From Malacoraja senta (taxonomy: Eukaryota), in the NCBI GenBank assembly GCA_038087875.1, contig CM075989.1, forward strand, positions 15,004,001 to 15,068,000: a stretch of DNA of 64,000 nt, in the 5' to 3' direction. The notes below the pieces were generated by a model that saw nothing but the letters and a program-made list of their open reading frames with translations, was not told where the DNA came from and searched no databases. A program made the translations under genes and the position numbers. Below are positions 55,701-64,000 of this stretch, in pieces. Numbering within the stretch: position 1 is the stretch's first letter; every line of letters begins with the position of its first letter.

Positions 55701-56519
55701 TTTATTCAAAATAGACACATTTATTCAAAATAGACATGTTTAAACTTTCATTCAAGAGAGCAGTAATAATGCTGCATTTCAAGTAAGTGTCCCAATTATG
55801 TTCTTAAGTTAAAGACTGAGCTTGAATTTAACCTCTGACCCATTTGCAACTAATACCATGTGAATCATAACACGTGGAGGAAAGGAGCCGCAAACTGAAG
55901 CAGGAGAGCTTAAACAGCTTAATTCTCCTCTATTTTTGCATGACAACTTCATGTTATTTATTGGTCTGAAATACAATAATTTACATTAATGTGTCATAAT
56001 CATTTAAATAAAAAATATCTGGAGTAATCACTGTGACTTTACTGGCCAATATCTTTACTTCCAATTTGCTGGAATTCCTCTTACATTTTTCTGGTAATCT
56101 CAACCTCTGGCTCAATTTTCAGATTCTTTATAACATCTAAACATAGAATCACAGTAACTTACAGCACCGAAGGAGGCCATTTGCCCCATCATGCCAATGC
56201 TGGTTAAATATATTGCAACATTACATTTATTTCTAAAATTAGCTCTGCCTCATCTCACTTTTCACCTGGCTATTAGTATTTATTTTAAACTGAAATAAAT
56301 TCCTTCAACCTGTATACAAATCAAACACAGGCCTTTGTGTATTCTATAACATGGAGATTTCTCGAAATATGTGGAAAATACATTGTTTAGAAAACTCTTC
56401 TCAATACAAAGTGCCATTAGATGTTATTAATTCTCTTTTACAGTTCCATCAAGGAGATGACAAGAAGTTAAGGTAATAAATGTTAATGACCCATCCACTA
56501 CGCTATAATGGAAGATGCT

Positions 56520-57100
56520 TTTACATATAATTTGGATATGATTTGATTATATGCAAGTCCAGATGAGTTATCGCCAGAGATCGCCCTTGATTTTACTGAA
56601 TGGAGTTTGTTCTGAAATCCTCTCCAATCATCCTTAAGAGCCTTGCAGAGACCATTCTTGGACTTCTTGTACAGTGTGGGTTCAGACATCTGGAAGCCCT
56701 CAAAGCTAGACTTTAGCAGAGAGTGAATCTCCGAGGTTTCTTGATAAAACAAATGATGAACGATGTATACACTCACTCAGGATGAATGAAGTAGTCACAA
56801 ACATGTTCCAGTCAAGGTGGTCCTGTAGAAGATTGTCACCTTTCTCAAGCCACTGCTGCATTACTCTCTCTGTCGGTGCCTCATGCTTCAATATCTTCAG
56901 GAGCAAGGCAGACATGATCAGAATGGTCAAAATGAGGACAAGGGATGGAGCAATGGATGGAGCATACGTGATGGTGGTGAAGTAGTGGTTTAGAGCAGTA
57001 ACACCCTGCATGGGACAAGAGACATGCTGATGGCATTTAGGGAGTGCTTCCTGAGTTTTGCTGAAGTTAAGTTATCAGCGATGGTGAATAAGGCATCAGG
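56520..57100 (-). mobile_element. Old Rex1/Babar-type LINE internal fragment
   Basis: HEAPTERVMQQW...LLQD..DWNMF resembles the Rex-type post-endonuclease region. Confidence 0.5.
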
Positions 57101-57104
57101 ATTT

Positions 57105-57510
57105 CATAAGATCATAAGTGATAGTAGAATTAGGCCATTCGGCCCATTAAGTCTACCGCCATTCAATCATAGCTGATCTGTCTCTCCCTCCTAACCCCAT
57201 TCTCCTGCCTACTCCCCACAACATCTGACACCCATACTAATCAAGAATCTATCTATCACTGCCTTAAATATATATTCACTGACTTTGCCTCCACAGCCTT
57301 CTGTGGCAAAGAATTCCACAGATTCACCACCCTCTGACTAAAGAAATTCCTCCTCATCTCCTTCCTAAAAGAACGTCCTTTAATTCTGAGGCTATGACCT
57401 TTAGTATTAGACTCTCACACAAGTGGAAGCATACTCTCCACATCCACCCTATCCAAGTCTTTCACTATTCTGTATGTTCCAATGAGATCCCCCCTCTCAT
57501 TCTTCTAAAA
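57105..57510 (-). mobile_element. CR1 3' fragment (same subfamily as 3506)
   Basis: CATAAGATCATAAG tail, GAATTCCACAGATTCACCACCCTCTG. Confidence 0.8.
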
Positions 57511-59006
57511 CATTGCTGTCTCATTAGAGAGTTGAACATTAATATAATTTGTCCAGTTCCATCTTGGCATTGGCTTCGAGTGGTATGCAGATGCGAATTA
57601 CTTCAGTCGAAAAGGAGCAGCAACTCCAGAATGAGCAATATTAAATTATACAGTTTAACCTTTCAAAAAAGAAATTTCCTAGCAGGCATGGCACAATAAT
57701 AGCTTAAAATATTTTGCCTCAGGTAATCAAGCAATTATATATACAATGGATTACTTTACTAAACTCCTTTACAGTCCAAAATCCTTAACAACCATCAATC
57801 TAGTTGACTGCATCGATAATCATTTTGAAGACAGGATTATTTAAATATCATAAACAATGTTATTAATAATGCAAAAAAATAAAGATGGCTAATCAACTCT
57901 GAGCAAAGGTAATAAAAAAAAGTTTTTTTCTGAATATTGGAATAACATTGTACATTATGCTCCGGTGTTAAAAGCACAAGAAAGTCGTTGCTATTGCCAA
58001 CATGCGTCAATATTGGAGTTTACTTGCAAGACGCATATGATTTATATTCTGCACCACTGATGATCTAAAGTACTCAACATTTTTTTTGTTTAAATCATTT
58101 TGCATCCATTTTATTTCTGTTGCTTTTTTATGCCAGCTGAATGGTGACTACCCTCAGCTGTTCTCAACCAAGAGTAGATCTTACTTGCAGATCAGCCAAC
58201 ATTGTTGCATGCCTGTATGGCAGCCTACCTGTTTCTAGGTCCGCTGCAATATGATAACCATTATTGATTACAAAATCAAAGACATGATTGATTACTTGAT
58301 TGGCTACCTCTTTACCGCAAGCACTCTCATGCAAAGAGGAGGGGAACTGCCCATGCACTAAACTGATGTGATTCAGCAAACATCTGACCCAAGCCACACT
58401 TGTAAGCTACACTTTACTGATGAAGCTCTCATAACTGTAATCACAGAGTTAATGAGGTGTATTTGTTGCAACGTGTGCTCCATAGAAATACCTTGGAACT
58501 AAATAAACCCCTGCAATTTAATTTTTAATCATTAAAATGTAGAATTACACCATGAAAATGAGTTGCAACTACCACTTACAGACTTAGAAATTTATTTCAA
58601 ATTAATTGTATTTTCAATTTATCAATCTACTGCCAGGACCTTAAATCTAACTCTTCTATCCCACCTGAAACGATAAAATAATAAGATGGTGGATAAAAGA
58701 ATTACAATCTGTGCAACACTCATAGTCAAAGGATCGAATGGACCAGAAAATCTGGCTTAGTTTAGTTTAACTAAATTAAACAAAACCAAACTAGGTTTAC
58801 TGGTTAATTCGATTTTTAGCTTCTAATGAGAAGGTGTAACTGTCTTTAAAGCGCATGGTTTACTATCAAGATCCAGGATGTGCTTATCTCTGAGAATCTG
58901 TTTTCAGCCCAGTACATCAAAACAATCACAAGGAAAGCTCATCAACCCCTCTAATTCCTTAGAAGATGGAGGAGACTGGATATATCACCTGTATGCCAAC
59001 TATTTA

Positions 59007-60015
59007 GGGCAGCACAGCAGCACATCAGTAGAGTTGCTGCCTTACAGCACCAGGCACCCGGGTTGAATCCTGACTATGGCTGCTGTCTGTACAGAAGTTG
59101 TACGATTAAGAAAAGGGAAGGTGCAACAAGACCTGGGTGTCCTTGTACATCAGTCACTTAACGTAAGCATACAAGTACAGCAGGCAGTGAAGAAAGCAAA
59201 TGGCAAGTTGGCCTTCATAGCGAGAGGATTTGAGTTTAGGAGCAAGGAGGTCCTGCTGCAGTTGTACAGAGCCCTGGTGAGACCACACCTGAAGTATTGT
59301 GTGCAGTTTTGGTCTCCTAAATTGAGGAAGGACATTCTTGCTATTGAGGGAGTGCAGCATAGGTTCCACAGGTTAATTCCCGGGATGGTGGGACTGACAT
59401 ATGATGAAAGAATGGATCGACTGGGCTTATATTCACTAGAATTTAGAAGGATGAGAGGAGATCTTATAGAAACATAAAATTCTTAAGGGATTCGACAGGC
59501 TAGATGCGAAAAATGTTCCCGATGTTGGGGGAGTCCAGAACCAGGGGACACAGTTTAAGAATAAGGGGTAGGCCATTTAGGATTGAGATGAGGAAAAACC
59601 TTTTCACCCAGAGAGTTGTGAATCTGTGGAATTCTCTGCCACACAAGGCAGTGGAGGCCAATTCACTGGATGTTTTCAAGCGAGTTAGATATAGCCCTTA
59701 GGGCTAACGGAATCAAGGGATATGGGGAGAAAGCAGGAATGGGGTACTGATTTTGAATGATCAGCCATGATCATATTGAATAGTGGTGCTGGCTCGAATG
59801 GCCTACTCCTGCAGCTATTTTCTATGTTTCTATATTCTCCCTATGACCGCGTGGGTTTTGTCTGGGTGCACTGGTTTACACCCACATTCCAAAGACGTAC
59901 ACGTTTGTAGGTTAATTGGCTTCTATAAATTGTCCCTGGTGTGAGGATAGTGCTGGTCGACACAGACTCGGTGGGCCGAAGGGCCTGCTTCCACGCTGTA
60001 TCTCCAAAGTCTAAA
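59007..60015 (+). mobile_element. V-SINE interrupted by a 5'-truncated CR1 LINE (~59105-59833)
   Basis: CR1 ORF2: QQDLGVLVHQSL..QLYRALVRPHLKYCVQFWSP..RRMRGDLIET; SINE halves rejoin at GTACG|TTCTCCC. Confidence 0.9.
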
Positions 60016-60029
60016 GGTGCACAGTGCAG

Positions 60030-60545
60030 GTAGGGAGCATACCAGCCGGTTGCATCATGGCCTGGTTCGGCAGCTTGAATGCCCAAGAATGAAAGAGACT
60101 GCAGAGAGTGGTAGATACCACCCAGTCCATCACAGGTACTGAAATTCCATTCTCGACGTGATCTGCAGGAGGTGCTGCCAATATTGTAGATCCACTTCAC
60201 CGTGGCCATTTCTTTATGCTCTCAGGAAGAAGATGCAGGAGCCTGAACACAGTGACCACCAGATTGAAGAACAACTTCTTCTCAGCAACTATCAGGGTCT
60301 TGAATACTGAACCACTTCAATTTCAGCAACTATGATCTTCCTGGGACTAATTCTTTGATTGCACTACGGACGTGGCCTTCTGCATTATTATGGTTACTAT
60401 AATATTAGTTTACTGTATTTCCGCTTATTATTTATTATCTGTGTGTTATTGCGTTTACGAGCCTGTCAAGCTGCAGCAAGTATGAATGTCATTGTTCTAT
60501 TGTTGGTACATACGATAATTAAACACTCTGGGCTCTTGAATTGAA
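60030..60545 (+). mobile_element. Degenerate Rex1/Babar-type LINE 3' fragment
   Basis: Similar to 43730-44243. Confidence 0.7.
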
Positions 60546-60623
60546 GCTCAGTAAAAAGCTGTCAGAAATCCGTAGGACCTTTAAGATACTAAAATGGTTA
60601 AAACTCAGTGGAACAACCTGAAC

Positions 60624-60721
60624 ATCAGTCTGAAGAAGGGACTCGACCTGAAACATCACCCATTCCTTCTCTCCAGAGATGCTGCCTGTCCCACTGAGTT
60701 AATCCAGCATTTTGCGTCTTT
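60624..60721 (+). mobile_element. Penelope-derived single-arm mini-element with hammerhead-like core
   Basis: CTGAAGAAGGGACTCGACCTGAAACATCACC; TSD AACCTGAACA. Confidence 0.8.
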
Positions 60722-62058
60722 AACCTGAACAATCAGCTCATCGCACTATTTGTATTGCACTTAAAGATGGAATGATCCCACACAGTCTGTTATGGATAAT
60801 GGTTGTAAATTTGAATGGCTCCATGAACACGGCACAAAAGAAGATATTAGAGCAGATGCTGCAATCTATTCTTTGCTCTTTCTTTGAAGAGGAATACCAA
60901 GTCAATGGCCAGAATTTGAAGGCTTTTCAGCAATAATAACTGCAAAGACACTACCCCATGTAGAATTCTCTTCCTCAGGTCTGTCACCCTCGATCAAAAA
61001 TTCGAATATAGCTTCCGTCGCAAAGACCACATACAAGAAGCATTGTGGATTAGTTGCCGGTTATGTTCTGTGGCTCGTAACACATTTTAAAAGCATAAAG
61101 CTAATGTTGGCCAACAGCCAAGGAACAGGTGAGAGGAATCACCAATTTGAAATGTTACACAAAAAGGCCGCGAAAAAGTTTTCATTAAGTGGCATGAGAT
61201 CTTTCAATATATAGATCTTCAAAAAAAAACACGCGGAAATTCTAGTGATCAGCATCTGGGCTGCAATAAACATTCAAACCTTTACAATAGTAAAAATGAA
61301 ACAGATGGAAATATTTCTTGGATACTGGAGACCAAGCTGCTCCAATAAATAAAGGATATATTTCCCAAAGATTTAGAATTAATCCAATAGAAGAGTAGCA
61401 GGAGACGACAAAGAAACTACCTTTTGTGCTATGGGTGTGAATGTCATGGAGGCCATTTGTCATGGAGGCTTTCCTGCATACTGATAACAACATAGAATTA
61501 TCTGCAGAGCTTGATGGATTAAAGTTACACAGTTGATCTGCAAAAAGATTCATTTTTGAACTTAAAAACGTCAACCTTACTATGGTCAAATCTTCCAATT
61601 TCTGCCATTACCTAATATCTATAGTTAAAAGTCTCATCTTGACCATTTCCTGTCTGCGCTGTATATTGATTTTAGAAAAAATGCTACCCTGTATAGCTGT
61701 GATTTTTGCCCATCCTCCTCCGCTGAGCCAGCCCCGAGGATTTTTCCCATCAATGAAAAATAAAAAAGTTATGAGTGTTTAAAGAACCTTGAGATCAGCT
61801 GATTGGTCCTCTCGCCTGTCAATCACCGCGATGAAGATAACGCCCCTTCTGGGGGGGGCAGGACTATAAAACCCCGGATGCCTGGACGTGAGTTAGTTAC
61901 TCTGCAAGATCGCGAGGAAGAGGCCACGACTGTGATTCTAATCTGTGAATCAACTGAACTGTGAGTCTGCAATGTATTTGCAAGAAATTATTTGTTAGCC
62001 CTTAATGACAATGCCATGAGTTGTTTGGCCTGCTGCCCTGCCTGTGCTTGAAACTGCA

Positions 62059-62310
62059 ATGCTTTATTAGGTCCGACTATGTTTGGAAGGAATAAATGCT
62101 TCATTAGGTCCGACTGTGTTTGGAAGGAATAAATGCTTTATTAGGTCCGACTGTGTTTAGTCCAAAAGTCCCGCTCATTTCGTGACTTCCGCTTAGGGGA
62201 CAGGTCGCGCTGATTGCGTAATTTCCGGTGAGTGCAGAGGTCGTGCTGATTGCGTAATTTCCGGTAAGTGCAGAGGCCACGCTGATTGCGGAAGTGACGC
62301 TGACTGCGGA
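62059..62310. repeat. Two minisatellites: ~37-bp unit (ATGCTTTATTAGGTCCGACT..GGAAGGAATAA) x2.6 and ~36-bp unit (GCTGATTGCGTAATTTCCGGT.AGTGCAGAGG) x~3
   Basis: Direct tandem repeats visible in sequence. Confidence 0.85.
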
Positions 62311-62366
62311 AGCCCCACAGTGGAGAGGCCGCGCTCAGCCGTGTGAGTAGATTCAAGATAGTTTAC

Positions 62367-62556
62367 NNNNNNNNNNNNNNNNNNNNNNNNNNNNNNNNNN
62401 NNNNNNNNNNNNNNNNNNNNNNNNNNNNNNNNNNNNNNNNNNNNNNNNNNNNNNNNNNNNNNNNNNNNNNNNNNNNNNNNNNNNNNNNNNNNNNNNNNNN
62501 NNNNNNNNNNNNNNNNNNNNNNNNNNNNNNNNNNNNNNNNNNNNNNNNNNNNNNNN
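62367..62556. other. Assembly gap (190 N)
   Basis: Run of n. Confidence 0.99.
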
Positions 62557-64000
62557 AATGGGTCCCACTTAGTCTAGTTGTTTTATAAATGCTATCGCAT
62601 GCCCAGATTGTTAGAGGGTCCGAAGGTAATAGACCTGTCACAAAGCAGTAGTCAAATACCTCTGCCTAGATCTGAAAAATAGCCTTTAACAAGCTGTTAA
62701 TTATAGACGGCAGGTCATCCGATAGTTTGTTGCTGAAATCTATTGCCCAAGTGAAAGAGCAGTGTGTGGACTTTTTAATGTCTGCAAGCACAACAGAACT
62801 CTGCCATGGTGCTGATCCAATTTCATGGCTGCTGTGTACAGATGGCTGACAGTGACCACCGCTACTCCAATATCAAGTTGTTATATTTGAACTCAGACCT
62901 TCCATATAAGTTAGCCAGGCCAGACTATCTGGAGTCTGATGAAATATTCTGGCAGTAATATTTTTAAATCAGGTCTACACTCTCCTATATTTAGCGAGCC
63001 TAATATTGATACAGTTTATAAAACAAAGGGATAACCTAACCGTCTATATATTTAAAAAACCCAAATAATCTCTTTAATGCAAGGCCAGCCTTTACACATT
63101 TGATTCATGAAGAGTGATAAATTTACGTTGCATTGAATAAGGGAAATAGAATAGATTAAGACATGTTCTGGGTTCTAAAAAAGACACAAGCTAGAAATAG
63201 TTTAGGTTATTCAACCAGGCGTAGGTATGTTCTTTGACTTACTGCTAATTCAAGATTGTGCAATAAGTACTGTAACAATTTCTGCAAGAGAAAGTAATGG
63301 ACATTCTAAATTTGAAGGGGCTTTTTGTGCTCGGGGGGAGGTAACCAAGTTGCTCAATGGAAATCATTAATATATATTTCTCAGGTTCACTAAACTACAC
63401 GCACAAATATTTTAAATAGCAGGCAATGAGTTTTGATATCCAAATTTAACTTGCAAGGCACATGTTTACTACCGATAGCTTGAATTGCACACTTGCTTAC
63501 TCATAAAGCAAAAAAGTTTTTTTAAATTTGTGAAAGTACAAATTGTTCAGAGAACATCATTGGAGTAAATGAAACGACTACAATGTGGTATTCTTTGCCG
63601 AACATAATAAAATGTTTAAAATACCGTATTACGACGGAAGTGTTAGTAGCTATTTCATTCTAAGCCAATTTGTCAGAGGCTTTTGTATTTGCTGTTTTAC
63701 AAGCATCAAAACCAGAGCATTTTCAATCTGTTTGTACCTTTCTGTATAAATAACTTTTTTCCGTGGGATCCACCAGTTATTGTGGCCAATTGTAGAAATT
63801 CAGTAAGCAATTTATTTTGGGGATAATATATTACATGACAATAACTTTCATTTCATTTCACATAGTTAGTCCAAATTACTTTCAGAACAGGGCTACCCAT
63901 TAAAAATGTTCCTCGAGAGCTTGAATAATAGAATACAACGAGTAGCACAAAGTTCTTCTTTGCTAACCAACAGCTCCAAGAGAAATTCTTTGCCCGGAAG

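Larger units (their letters stand above)
61618..62577 (+). mobile_element. Probable non-autonomous Helitron with internal minisatellites, spanning an assembly gap
   Basis: A|TCTATA 5' end; GGGTCCCACTTAGTCTAG|T 3' end; no TSD. Confidence 0.6.

Noticed and set aside
55699-55738. 21-bp tandem duplication CATTTATTCAAAATAGACA
   Set aside because: Ordinary slippage duplication with no functional signal.
62059-62310. CRISPR-like array
   Set aside because: Head-to-tail tandem repeats without unique spacers, in a eukaryotic context with no cas genes.
28135-64000. Upstream C2 exons or the long mammalian-type NEDD4 first exon
   Set aside because: No matching peptide (e.g. FEVFDENRL) or long minus-strand ORF was seen; they are presumably beyond the window.

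Overview
Vertebrate genomic DNA, almost certainly from a cartilaginous fish (skate/ray-like, inferred from the repeat families). On the minus strand, 541-28134 holds 21 consecutive coding exons (2148 nt, 716 codons, phases all compatible) of NEDD4 (NEDD4-1, HECT E3 ubiquitin ligase). They run from the second half of the C2 domain through WW1-WW4 into the HECT C-lobe. The 5' C2 exons and the last HECT exons lie outside the window, and 28135-64000 is inferred to be one large intron. Introns are packed with tRNA-derived V-SINE/HE1-like SINEs, CR1-, Rex1/Babar- and RTE-type LINE fragments, Penelope-like (GIY-YIG) remnants, hAT and other MITEs, a solo LTR and a probable Helitron spanning a 190-N gap. 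The most interesting unexplained structure is a family of about 19 short fold-back elements derived from Penelope termini. They carry a minimal hammerhead-ribozyme core, and several have 9-15 bp target-site duplications. Also notable are a GC-AG intron after the WW2 exon, a sense-oriented CpG-rich solo LTR with a poly(A) signal inside the gene, inverted-SINE architectures and a candidate 39-nt cassette exon. All calls are from reading the sequence by eye; no searches were run, and repeat boundaries are approximate unless a TSD or TIR is given.
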